Shown here: piece after piece, positions 54,796-63,266 of the stretch
Layout: each line of letters begins with the position of its first letter
How positions within the stretch are numbered: position 1 is the stretch's first letter
Assembly (NCBI GenBank): GCA_963422265.1
Contig: OY729416.1
Location: 1,248,001-1,312,000, forward strand
DNA from: Thermodesulfobacteriota bacterium
GTDB lineage: Bacteria; Desulfobacterota_D; UBA1144; Nemesobacterales; UBA2774
Length of the DNA stretch: 64,000 nt
Direction of reading: 5' to 3'
Program-made: the position numbers and the translations under genes
Notes under the pieces: model-generated
Told to the model about the DNA's origin: nothing
Seen by the model: only the letters and a program-made list of their open reading frames with translations
The model's database searches: none

Positions 54796-55338
54796 CTACC
54801 CACCAGCACTAAGAGCCGTTATCGGACCCCACGTGCCCGTCAATAACAACATACCAGGCAACATTAACGTCAACACCGACTCTATCAAAAATAACCACGC
54901 TACCGTCGGTCCCAATGCCTTCCCCAAAGAAAATACCAAAAATACCAAAAATACTAACAATGCCCATGACCAACAAAATAAAGCATAATACATCATACCA
55001 GGAATCGCTCCCTCCAATCCATAAAAATGAAATCCATACCAAACAAACACTACCGTAGCAAATAAACAATACCAACCCAAACCCTTCGCATCATGACCAT
55101 GTATGAATATCCCCGCCACCATCAAATATATCAACGCAAATACCGATACCAATGCCGTCGCCGCCGTTAAATCCAACTCATGCAACTTCCACGCCGCTAT
55201 CAATATCAATATCGCTACGCCTAAGTTTAATACCCCTACCTCCTTCGCACCCGTCTTCCCCAATACCGTCATACCATTACAAAAAAATACAAATCCTACC
55301 AACAACAATACATAACCCAACAACATATCTATTCCCAT
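54796..55338 (-). CDS. AmiS/UreI-family channel
   Basis: Six TM helices; LLLVGFVFFCNG..LGK..AKEVGVLN, FALIYL, DAKGLGWYCLF, WSWALL, LMLPGMLLL. Confidence 0.85.
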   Translation of the reverse strand: MGIDMLLGYVLLLVGFVFFCNGMTVLGKTGAKEVGVLNLGVAILILIAAWKLHELDLTAATALVSVFALIYLMVAGIFIHGHDAKGLGWYCLFATVVFVWYGFHFYGLEGAIPGMMYYALFCWSWALLVFLVFLVFSLGKALGPTVAWLFLIESVLTLMLPGMLLLTGTWGPITALSAGG

Positions 55339-55416
55339 CTTCCTCCTTACCTCCTTATAATATGAGTTTTCTTACCTCTTTCTTTTCTTCTTCTTTTCTC
55401 CCCTACCCCCTCTACT

Positions 55417-55446
55417 CTTTTAACACACTTCACTACCCCATGTCAA
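55417..55446 (-). promoter_or_regulatory. Internal promoter for AmiS/UreI gene
   Basis: TTGACA-N15-TGT-TAAAAG; doubled SD AAGGAGGTAAGGAGG downstream. Confidence 0.5.
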
Positions 55447-55471
55447 GATACTTTTTACCTCACCCTCCAAT

Positions 55472-55927
55472 TTACCCCTCACCACGACGCCTTACCAGTA
55501 TCACCCACTTCCCAACCTGTACCACCTCTCCACCCTGATTATATACCTTTACCTCAAATATCAAAAATCCCATCCCTCCTCGCTTATGCTCACGCTTCTC
55601 CAATAACTCACGCCTCACATGAACTGTGTCCCCTAACTTCACCGCCCCTGAAAACCGCCAATCCTCCAATCCCATAAACGCCACTGTCCCCAAACGCGGC
55701 ATCGTAAACCATAAACCCGATGCTATAGATAATACACACAAACCATGCGCTACACGCCCCTTAAACACCGTACCACGCGCAAACTCCTCATCCACATGCA
55801 TATCGTTAAAATCCCCAGATAAACCAGCAAAACCCACTACGTCTGCCTCGGTCACCGTCCGACCACTGCTCTCATGTACCTCCCCCACCTCTATATCCTC
55901 ATATAACAACCGCACTGCTTCACCCAT
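55472..55927 (-). CDS. MaoC-family (R)-enoyl-CoA hydratase/dehydratase
   Basis: YEDIEVG, GRTVTEADV..FAGLSGDFNDMH (D-x4-H), GRVAHG, NQ.GEVV. Confidence 0.9.
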   Translation of the reverse strand: MGEAVRLLYEDIEVGEVHESSGRTVTEADVVGFAGLSGDFNDMHVDEEFARGTVFKGRVAHGLCVLSIASGLWFTMPRLGTVAFMGLEDWRFSGAVKLGDTVHVRRELLEKREHKRGGMGFLIFEVKVYNQGGEVVQVGKWVILVRRRGEG

Positions 55928-56366
55928 CCCTATTTACCCCCTCCTTCTTTACAGGCTTGAACTTCGGTAACGTTACCTCATCCGTTACGTCATCAAACAC
56001 TACCTCCACCTCCATACCTATATAAACATCTCCAGCCTCTACTCCCACCACGTTCGTCATTATCTTTACACCTTCCCCCAGCTCCACTAACGCAACCACA
56101 TACGGCGGCTCGCCCTTATACGCCTTCGTCGGACCCATGTGGTGCACCGCATACGTCCACACCTTACCTAACCCCCGAGAACGCACCCACTCTATCTCTT
56201 TACTCATTTCTTCCCCAGGACTATACGCACGCGGATAAAAAAAATACTCCCCACTTACCTTACTCCTTGGTATCAATAACTCATGCCCCTTACATCCCTC
56301 CCAATACCGCCGCGTCTCCGGACGAAAATCCGGCAACGGCTTCCCATATCCTCTCGCCTCACTCAT
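55920..56366 (-). CDS. DUF35 Zn-ribbon/OB-fold protein (thiolase partner)
   Basis: KPLP, YWEG, G.GKVWTY, PPYVVALVELGEG, IGMEVEVVF, LPKFKP; overlaps MaoC start. Confidence 0.9.
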   Translation of the reverse strand: MSEARGYGKPLPDFRPETRRYWEGCKGHELLIPRSKVSGEYFFYPRAYSPGEEMSKEIEWVRSRGLGKVWTYAVHHMGPTKAYKGEPPYVVALVELGEGVKIMTNVVGVEAGDVYIGMEVEVVFDDVTDEVTLPKFKPVKKEGVNRDG

Positions 56367-56385
56367 CGCTTGTCTCTCCCTCCTC

Positions 56386-57588
56386 TTATGTTAATGCCTG
56401 ATTCCCTAATACTACCGTGCTGTGCGCAGACACTATACCACCATTCCCATGAACTAACGCTACCTCGGAACCCTCTACCTGCCTATCCCCACAATCACCT
56501 CGCAACTGCAACACCGCCTCCACTACATGGTGCATCGCTCCCAAATGTGCCTGTGATAACAAACCCCCATGCGTGTTCACAGGTAAATCCTTACCTATCT
56601 CCATCCGCCCCTCCAAAGAAAACGCACCCCCCTCCCACTTAGGCACAAAACCCAACCCCTCTAACTCTAACAATACCGTTATCGTAAAACAATCATACAA
56701 ATACGCTATATCCACGTCACCCACACCTATACCTGCCGTCTCAAACGCCCTACCCCCAGACCTTCCTATCGCCTCATATATCTGATCCAAACCATCAAGA
56801 CTCGTCAAATACTGATGTGAATACCCCTGCCCCATACCCCATAAATACGCTAGCTTATTCTCTATCCCCAGCTCCCGCGCCTTATCCTCCGTCGTTACTA
56901 TAAACGCCGCTCCACCATCTGATATTATAGAACAATCATACTTCGTCAACGGCTCCGCTATCACCCTAGAACTCAACACTTCCTCTATGCTCAACGGCTC
57001 CTTATTCATCGCATTCTCTTTCAACCCCGCATGCTTACGCATCGTTACTGCTACAGAAGCTAAATGCTCCCGACTACATCCACTCTCATACAAATACCGC
57101 TGTGCCGCTAACGCATATCCACCAGGCGTCGTTAATCCATAAGGATACTCAAACTCACCATGACACATCTCGCGTATCAAAGCCACCATACCTGAAGACG
57201 ATATACCAGATAACGTGTTATCTCCGCGCACACATAATACTACCTCCGCCTGACCCGTTGCTATTGCCATCGCCGCCTCCGCTACCATCCACACCGCCGT
57301 CGCACCCCCTACTGCTACCGATGAAAAAAAACGAGGCCGCATACCAAAATAATCTGCAAACGTCGTGCAGTGCATAAACGTATGCTCCACCAATGAAAAC
57401 GCCGTTACTAGTCCATCCACTTCCCCCTTCTTTATCCCTGCATCCTCTATAGCCAACTTCGACGCCTGTGATAAAAAATCAAATGAACTACGACCCGATA
57501 TACGCCCCTGCTCCGTCTCACCAACTCCTGCTATTACTACACCCTTCCCCTTTAATACCTCCCGCGCTTCCTTCATATCGCTACCCAT
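56386..57588 (-). CDS. Ltp2-like thiolase-fold protein (probable aldolase; no catalytic Cys)
   Basis: VIAGVGET, VAVGGATA (no Cys), YDCSIISDGG, YLYDCFT, VNTHGGLLSQAH; start placed at ATG 57588 behind GGAGG. Confidence 0.88.
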   Translation of the reverse strand: MGSDMKEAREVLKGKGVVIAGVGETEQGRISGRSSFDFLSQASKLAIEDAGIKKGEVDGLVTAFSLVEHTFMHCTTFADYFGMRPRFFSSVAVGGATAVWMVAEAAMAIATGQAEVVLCVRGDNTLSGISSSGMVALIREMCHGEFEYPYGLTTPGGYALAAQRYLYESGCSREHLASVAVTMRKHAGLKENAMNKEPLSIEEVLSSRVIAEPLTKYDCSIISDGGAAFIVTTEDKARELGIENKLAYLWGMGQGYSHQYLTSLDGLDQIYEAIGRSGGRAFETAGIGVGDVDIAYLYDCFTITVLLELEGLGFVPKWEGGAFSLEGRMEIGKDLPVNTHGGLLSQAHLGAMHHVVEAVLQLRGDCGDRQVEGSEVALVHGNGGIVSAHSTVVLGNQALT

Positions 57589-57615
57589 ATCTCTATACCC
57601 CCCTCCTTCCTTATT

Positions 57616-57666
57616 CATAATTATCTGTCAATTAATTATGTTAATTGTCCCCACTAAGATTGTCAA
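57616..57666 (-). promoter_or_regulatory. Promoter and operator-like palindrome of thiolase-DUF35-MaoC operon
   Basis: TTGACA(57666-57661)-N17-TAACAT(57643-57638); CATAATTA-N9-TAATTATG at 57616-57640. Confidence 0.6.
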
Positions 57667-57671
57667 ATCCC

Positions 57672-58700
57672 CTAACTCCGCTGAGGTTCTATAATAATCT
57701 TAATAGATTCCTGAGCATCCTCTACCATGCGGAATCCTTTCTCAGTCTCCGAAAGCGGAAGCCTGTGTGTAATCATATTCTTCACGTTTACGCGCTTAGA
57801 CTTGATAAGCTCTAAAGCCAAAGTTAAGTCCGCAGGAGAAGCGGCATAAGAGCTCGTAACTGCAACCCCCGACCACCAGAAATTATTGAATGGAATTGAA
57901 ATCCTAACGTCGGGATCCGATGGGGCGAAGAATAACACTTTGCCCCCCGTCTCTACTAGTTTAAAAGATTGCTCTACCGCGGATCTAGCTCCCGTGCACA
58001 CCACTACGAAATCAACAAGCCTCCCGCTGTTTATCTCTTTTATACACGTAAATAAATCTTCCCTAGCATTGATTGAAAAATCGGCTCCAAATTCAGTCGC
58101 CGCGTCAAGCCTGTATTCACTGAGGTCAGTCGCTATGATACACCCCGCTCCCTGAGCACGCGCCAACTGTATATGGAGGAGTCCTGTAATTCCGCTCCCT
58201 ATCACAAGCACGCTGTCCGCCATTTGCAAATTTGCCAAACGCTGTCCACGAACGACGCAGCCAAGGGGCTCTACGAAAGAGCCTTCCTCATAGGAAACCC
58301 CATCGGGAAGCATAAGGACACCCCTATCTACGTTAATTGAAGGTATGCGAACGTACTCAGAGAAACCACCTGGATCAAAGCGAGTGGACTTTAAGGTAGG
58401 ACAAACTGAATGATTGCCTCTCAGGCATTGGTAGCAGGTATTGCAAGGAACGTGATGAGTGGCTACCACCCTGTCCCCCTCTTGGAACTTATGAACTTCC
58501 TCCCCCACCTCTACTACGTCACCCGCTATCTCATGCCCCAAGACCAAGGGAGCTTTCGGAAGGCGGTACCACTCCATTAAATCACTCCCACAAATCCCGC
58601 TAGCTCCAACGCGCACCAGTATTTCACGTGGACATATCTTAGGTTTAGGCACGTCCTCAAGACGGACGTCTCTATTGCTATAATACATGGCGGCGCGCAT
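57672..58700 (-). CDS. Zn-dependent medium-chain (sorbitol/threonine-type) dehydrogenase
   Basis: GICGSD, LGHE, CxxCxxC-x7-C, VEPLGC, GSGITG. Confidence 0.92.
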   Translation of the reverse strand: MRAAMYYSNRDVRLEDVPKPKICPREILVRVGASGICGSDLMEWYRLPKAPLVLGHEIAGDVVEVGEEVHKFQEGDRVVATHHVPCNTCYQCLRGNHSVCPTLKSTRFDPGGFSEYVRIPSINVDRGVLMLPDGVSYEEGSFVEPLGCVVRGQRLANLQMADSVLVIGSGITGLLHIQLARAQGAGCIIATDLSEYRLDAATEFGADFSINAREDLFTCIKEINSGRLVDFVVVCTGARSAVEQSFKLVETGGKVLFFAPSDPDVRISIPFNNFWWSGVAVTSSYAASPADLTLALELIKSKRVNVKNMITHRLPLSETEKGFRMVEDAQESIKIIIEPQRS

Positions 58701-58749
58701 GAAACCCTCCCTAAATGAAAGAAAGGTGAAAAGCTACGAGGCTTTAAGG

Positions 58750-59565
58750 TTAAGTGCTGGCTAGCCTCTTAGACTCCTCATCTCTTAAAGACAAAAAGAG
58801 GTCATGAGCCTGACTTGGTCTATTGCCTTCATGAACAATAGACCTAATCGCTCTTAATATGGCGACGGGATGCTCATTCTGCCATATATTTCTTCCCATG
58901 TCCACTCCCACAGCGCCTTGTTGAATAGCACCATAAGTCATTTCCAATACGTCCATCTCCGTATCTAATTTAGGTCCCCCGGCAATCACAATCGGTGCGG
59001 GACAACTGGTAGCTACCTTATCAAAGTTCTCACAATAGTAAGTCTTTACAATATGAGCACCAAGCTCGGCGCAAATCCGACAGCAAAGTGAAAGATACCT
59101 AGCGTCTCTTTTTTCGAGTTCCTTTCCAACGGCAGTTATTCCTAGAACAGGGATTCCATACTCCTCACCCTGATTAACCAACTCCGCAAGATTAATCAAC
59201 GTTTGCCTCTCATGAGCACTTCCGACAAAAACGGATATTCCAACGCCAGCTACGTTCAGCCTTATGGCATCCTTAAACGACGTCGTAAGCCCCTCGTCAG
59301 AAAGGTCATCCCCAATGATACTTGCTCCCCCAGATACTCTCAGAACCACGTTGGCGCATGACTCAGGGGATACCGAAGAACGGAGAATCCCACGCGTAAG
59401 CATTATCGTATCCGCATAAGGAATCAACGGCTCAATAGCTTTCTTAGGTTCTTCTAATTTATGGGTAGGTCCCAGAAAATACCCATGATCAAAGGCGAGC
59501 ATTACGGCTCTCCCGGTCTCGGGACTAATAATTCGCGCCATCCGATTTCTCATACCCCAGTCCAT
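58750..59565 (-). CDS. lsrF: LsrF-family class I aldolase-fold thiolase
   Basis: MDWGMRNRMARI, MLAFDHGYFLGP, AELGAHIVKTYYC, VIAGGPK, GVDMGRNIWQ. Confidence 0.85.
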   Translation of the reverse strand: MDWGMRNRMARIISPETGRAVMLAFDHGYFLGPTHKLEEPKKAIEPLIPYADTIMLTRGILRSSVSPESCANVVLRVSGGASIIGDDLSDEGLTTSFKDAIRLNVAGVGISVFVGSAHERQTLINLAELVNQGEEYGIPVLGITAVGKELEKRDARYLSLCCRICAELGAHIVKTYYCENFDKVATSCPAPIVIAGGPKLDTEMDVLEMTYGAIQQGAVGVDMGRNIWQNEHPVAILRAIRSIVHEGNRPSQAHDLFLSLRDEESKRLAST

Positions 59566-59678
59566 ATTAACGATACCCTCCGATTAACGATACCACCGCT
59601 CTGATTATAGTTGACACGAAGGAATTTATAGCAGTGACGGTTGAATGTCAATTGAACAACTACGTTTACCTTCCCATC

Positions 59679-60857
59679 TTAGGATGCAAACTCATTATAG
59701 GCGAACTTAAAAGCCTCAAGCACCTCAGCTATATGCTCTTCAGTATGGGTAGCCATAAGAGTAGCCCTTATCCTGCACTTTCCATGCGGGACTGACGGCG
59801 GGCGAACGGCGGGCGTATAAATCCCTTTTTCCCTCAATATTCCCGCAAAGCTGAGCGTCCGCTCCGCATCTCCTATAAGTACTGGGACTACCGCTGAATG
59901 GGAAGGGATAGTTCTGAGTCCTATGCAATCAAGACCCGCCTTAAATTGTTTTATTATAGACCAGAGATATTGCCTTCTCTCAGGCTCTTTCTCAACTATA
60001 TCAATAGCAGCGAGAGAAGCAGCGACGGACGGCGGGGGCAGCGAAGTGTCAAATATATAACTTCTAGCCCTATTTCTTAGATAATCAATCAATCGCTGAC
60101 TGCCAGCAATATAACCTCCCATTGAACCAATTGCCTTAGATAAAGTTCCCATAACGATAGGAACACGGTCTTCCACCCCGAAGTGCTCGGTAGCGCCGCT
60201 TCCCCTATCTCCCAAGATCCCAGTCGCGTGAGCTTCGTCCACCATAAGCATACATCCGTAACGCTCGGAAATCTCGACAAGTTCAGGGAGAGGAACTAAA
60301 TCCCCATCCATACTAAAAACCGTATCGCTTATTATAAGCCTCTTGCCGCTTATATGCTTATCGGTTTTGAGCATAGAGCTTAGATGATCAAGGCGTAGGT
60401 GTTTATATATCTTTACTTCAGCACGTGATAACCTGCACCCGTCAATTATGGATGCGTGATTAAGTTCGTCACTATATATGGTATCTCCTTCTTTAACAAG
60501 CGCTGAGATCACTCCCACGTTCGCCAGATAACCAGAGCTGAAGAGAATTGCGGATTCCGCGTTCTTAAATCTTGCTATGCGAGTTTCAAGACGTCTGTGG
60601 AGACCGGAACTTCCACTAACAAGTCTTGATCCCGCGGACCCAGATCCGTATTTACTCAAAGCCAGTTTTGCAGCCTCAACAACTTTCGGATTAACGGTCA
60701 GCCCCAAATAACTATTAGAGGAAAGAAGTATATGCCGCCTTCCCCCTATAGTTATTTCAGGGGTTTGAGCGGTTTCTATTTCGGTAAGGAAACGAAAGAG
60801 CTTCTTATCCTTTATGTCTTTCAGATCGTTATGTATCCAGTGTAAGATGTCCTGCAT
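59679..60857 (-). CDS. bioF: 8-amino-7-oxononanoate synthase
   Basis: SSNSYLGL, GSAGSRLVSG, SDELNHASIIDG, VFSMDGD, VDEAH, GTLSKA, RPPSVP. Confidence 0.93.
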   Translation of the reverse strand: MQDILHWIHNDLKDIKDKKLFRFLTEIETAQTPEITIGGRRHILLSSNSYLGLTVNPKVVEAAKLALSKYGSGSAGSRLVSGSSGLHRRLETRIARFKNAESAILFSSGYLANVGVISALVKEGDTIYSDELNHASIIDGCRLSRAEVKIYKHLRLDHLSSMLKTDKHISGKRLIISDTVFSMDGDLVPLPELVEISERYGCMLMVDEAHATGILGDRGSGATEHFGVEDRVPIVMGTLSKAIGSMGGYIAGSQRLIDYLRNRARSYIFDTSLPPPSVAASLAAIDIVEKEPERRQYLWSIIKQFKAGLDCIGLRTIPSHSAVVPVLIGDAERTLSFAGILREKGIYTPAVRPPSVPHGKCRIRATLMATHTEEHIAEVLEAFKFAYNEFAS

Positions 60858-60867
60858 TGTAGAAACA

Positions 60868-62238
60868 TTAAGGGACTTCAGTAACCTTTTTAATTGAGTT
60901 GTAAGTAACAGCGAGAAGCTTCTTTAAATCGCCGATAGGTATCCCAATAGGCGGCATTAAAACAATGATGTTTCCCAAGGGACGGATTAGAACTCCATTT
61001 CGCATAGCGCAGTCCGCAACCTGCCACCCTATTTTCTCTTCAGGAGAATATGGATGTTTTGTTTCTTTATCGTGTACAAGCTCAATGCCTACCATAAAGC
61101 CTTTGTTCCTAACGTCACCAACGTGTTTAAGCCCAGCAAATTCCGCTAGCTCCTCCTCCATAAGTTTGAGCTTTTCCTCAAGTTTTTCAAGCGTATTATG
61201 GTTTTCAAAAGCCTCCAGATTTCCTAACGAAGCCGCACAAGATACCGGATTTCCCGCATAGCTATGACCATGGAAAAAAGTCTTAAACTCCTCATAATCC
61301 CCGAGGAAGGCATCATATATATCCTGCGTCGTGATGGTCGCCGACAGGGGCAAATAGCCGCCCGTAAGCCCCTTGCCAAGAACTAGTATATCGGGCGAGA
61401 TATCCTCGTGCTCACAGGCAAACATCCTGCCCGTCCTACCAAAACCCGTCGCTACCTCGTCTAATATCATAAGAATATCATATTTGTTACAATACTCGCG
61501 GATCTTTTTCAAATATCCAGGAGGGGAAACAATCATCCCTCCAGCGGCTTGAACGTAAGGCTCAAGTATAATAGCGCCGATTTCCCCGCTATGCACCTTC
61601 AATATATCTTCAACCTTGTCCGCGCAGGCTAAACCACACAAAGGATACGTCTTGCCAAGCGGACACCTATAACAATAATAGGATGGAGCTTTGTGCGTAT
61701 CAAAAAGAAGTGGCTTAAAAGTAGAATGGAATAAATCTATCCCACCAACGGAGACCGCCCCCAACGTATCCCCATGGTAACCGTTTTCTAAAGATATGAA
61801 TCTTGTTTTTTCGGGTTTTCCCCTTAACTGCCAGTACTGAAGCGTCATTTTAAGCGCAACTTCTACCGCGCTTGCCCCGTCGCCAGAGTAGAAAACCTTT
61901 CTAAGCCCCGGCGGACATATATCTATCAACTTTTTCGCAAGTTCGGAAGCAGGCGGATTAGTAACCCCAAGGAGCGTGCTGTGACCGAGCTTATCCACCT
62001 GCTTTTTTATAGCACTATCTATCTCAGGAACTTTATGGCCGTGCACGTTGACCCAAAGAGAAGATACTCCATCAATGTATCTATTGCCGTTAGAATCAAT
62101 AAGATATGAGCCTTCACCCTGCTCAATGATAAGACACTCTTTCTCCCGATACTCCTTCATTTGAGTAAAAGGATGCCATACAAATTCTTTATCGTAGGCT
62201 TCTAATTTTTTCTTATGATCCGACACAATGGGCTTCAT
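60868..62238 (-). CDS. bioA: Adenosylmethionine--8-amino-7-oxononanoate transaminase
   Basis: VWHPFTQM, DGVSSLWVNVHGH, YHGDTLGA, DEVATGFGRTG, GKGLTGGYLP, FFHGHSY. Confidence 0.96.
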   Translation of the reverse strand: MKPIVSDHKKKLEAYDKEFVWHPFTQMKEYREKECLIIEQGEGSYLIDSNGNRYIDGVSSLWVNVHGHKVPEIDSAIKKQVDKLGHSTLLGVTNPPASELAKKLIDICPPGLRKVFYSGDGASAVEVALKMTLQYWQLRGKPEKTRFISLENGYHGDTLGAVSVGGIDLFHSTFKPLLFDTHKAPSYYCYRCPLGKTYPLCGLACADKVEDILKVHSGEIGAIILEPYVQAAGGMIVSPPGYLKKIREYCNKYDILMILDEVATGFGRTGRMFACEHEDISPDILVLGKGLTGGYLPLSATITTQDIYDAFLGDYEEFKTFFHGHSYAGNPVSCAASLGNLEAFENHNTLEKLEEKLKLMEEELAEFAGLKHVGDVRNKGFMVGIELVHDKETKHPYSPEEKIGWQVADCAMRNGVLIRPLGNIIVLMPPIGIPIGDLKKLLAVTYNSIKKVTEVP

Positions 62239-62279
62239 AGCAGAAGGTGGACACCGTCTCTGCGATACAATGAGAATAA

Positions 62280-63266
62280 TTAGTTTAGATCAGTTCTAAT
62301 TGGCATTTGGAGATCGTCAAGCATTCGCAAATCTTCCTCTGGGGGTCTTCCGGGAGTAGTTAAGTAGTTGCCTAAAATCATCGCATTCGCTCCGGCGACG
62401 AGACCCATAGCCTGTAAGTCGCGGAGCGTAACCTCGCGACCCCCCGCCGTCATAAGTATCTTATCAGGAAGAATTAGTCTGAATATGGATATTGTTTTCA
62501 CCGCCTCAAAAGGTGGAACGGTCTCAATATCCTCAAAAGGCGTTCCCGGCCTTGGATTCAGAAAGTTTATAGGGATCCAGCTCGGGCCCAGCTCCCTCAA
62601 TTCAAATGCAAGCTCAATTCTTTGTTCAACCGATTCTCCCATACCTAGAATCCCACCTGAGCAAAGGCGCATACCAACCTTTTTTACAAGCTGAGCCGTT
62701 CTACACCTGTCTTCATAAGTGTGCGTAGTGCAGATATGAGGGAAAAAGCTTTTGCAAGTCTCAAGATTATGATTATAGCGCCAGACGCCATGCTCTTTCA
62801 ACTCATAAGCTTGGTCTTCCTTTAAGTCTCCTAGAGAACAACCGACTTTAAGGTTAGTGTGCTCACGTAACAAGTCAACTGCCTCAAGCACCTTTTTCAA
62901 AATACGCGGGGTAGGACCCTTAGCGCTAATAACTATGCAAAAATCCATAGCCCCCATCTTTTCAGCATGTTTCGCAGCCAATAGAATCTTCTCGGCAGCC
63001 ATAAGGGGATAAGACTCTACCATAGTATCAAAATGCGCCGATTGCGAGCAGAAAGAGCAATCCTCCGGGCAGTTTCCCGTCTGCGCACTTATTATAGAGC
63101 GCAGAAATACGCCGTCACCCTTGTATTTTAAGGTAACCTTTCTCGCAAGGGATATAAGATCAGGAACCCTATCCTTAGGAAGCTTAGTTAACTGTACCGC
63201 TTCCTCAAATTCAATAGGTTCTTCTCTTCTTAGTAGCTTATCAGAAAGCGATTCAAGAATGGAAAT
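62280..63266 (-). CDS. bioB: Biotin synthase (probable ATT start)
   Basis: Radical-SAM CPEDCSFCSQS lies upstream of the track's ATG (63023); YNHNLET, CSGGILGMGE, PINFLNP, AGGRE, GNYLTT; start coordinate inferred. Confidence 0.92.
   Translation of the reverse strand: MSILESLSDKLLRREEPIEFEEAVQLTKLPKDRVPDLISLARKVTLKYKGDGVFLRSIISAQTGNCPEDCSFCSQSAHFDTMVESYPLMAAEKILLAAKHAEKMGAMDFCIVISAKGPTPRILKKVLEAVDLLREHTNLKVGCSLGDLKEDQAYELKEHGVWRYNHNLETCKSFFPHICTTHTYEDRCRTAQLVKKVGMRLCSGGILGMGESVEQRIELAFELRELGPSWIPINFLNPRPGTPFEDIETVPPFEAVKTISIFRLILPDKILMTAGGREVTLRDLQAMGLVAGANAMILGNYLTTPGRPPEEDLRMLDDLQMPIRTDLN

Noticed and set aside
51931-57694. Pro/Thr/Ser-rich plus-strand ORFs in the skewed locus
   Set aside because: Antisense shadows of clear minus-strand genes; composition follows from the C-rich plus strand.
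50300-57700. Skewed locus as prophage or mobile island
   Set aside because: No integrase, transposase, att repeats or flanking tRNA seen; old HGT remains possible but unsupported here.
50300-57700. Skew caused by replication origin or terminus
   Set aside because: Same-strand flanking genes on both sides have ordinary composition.
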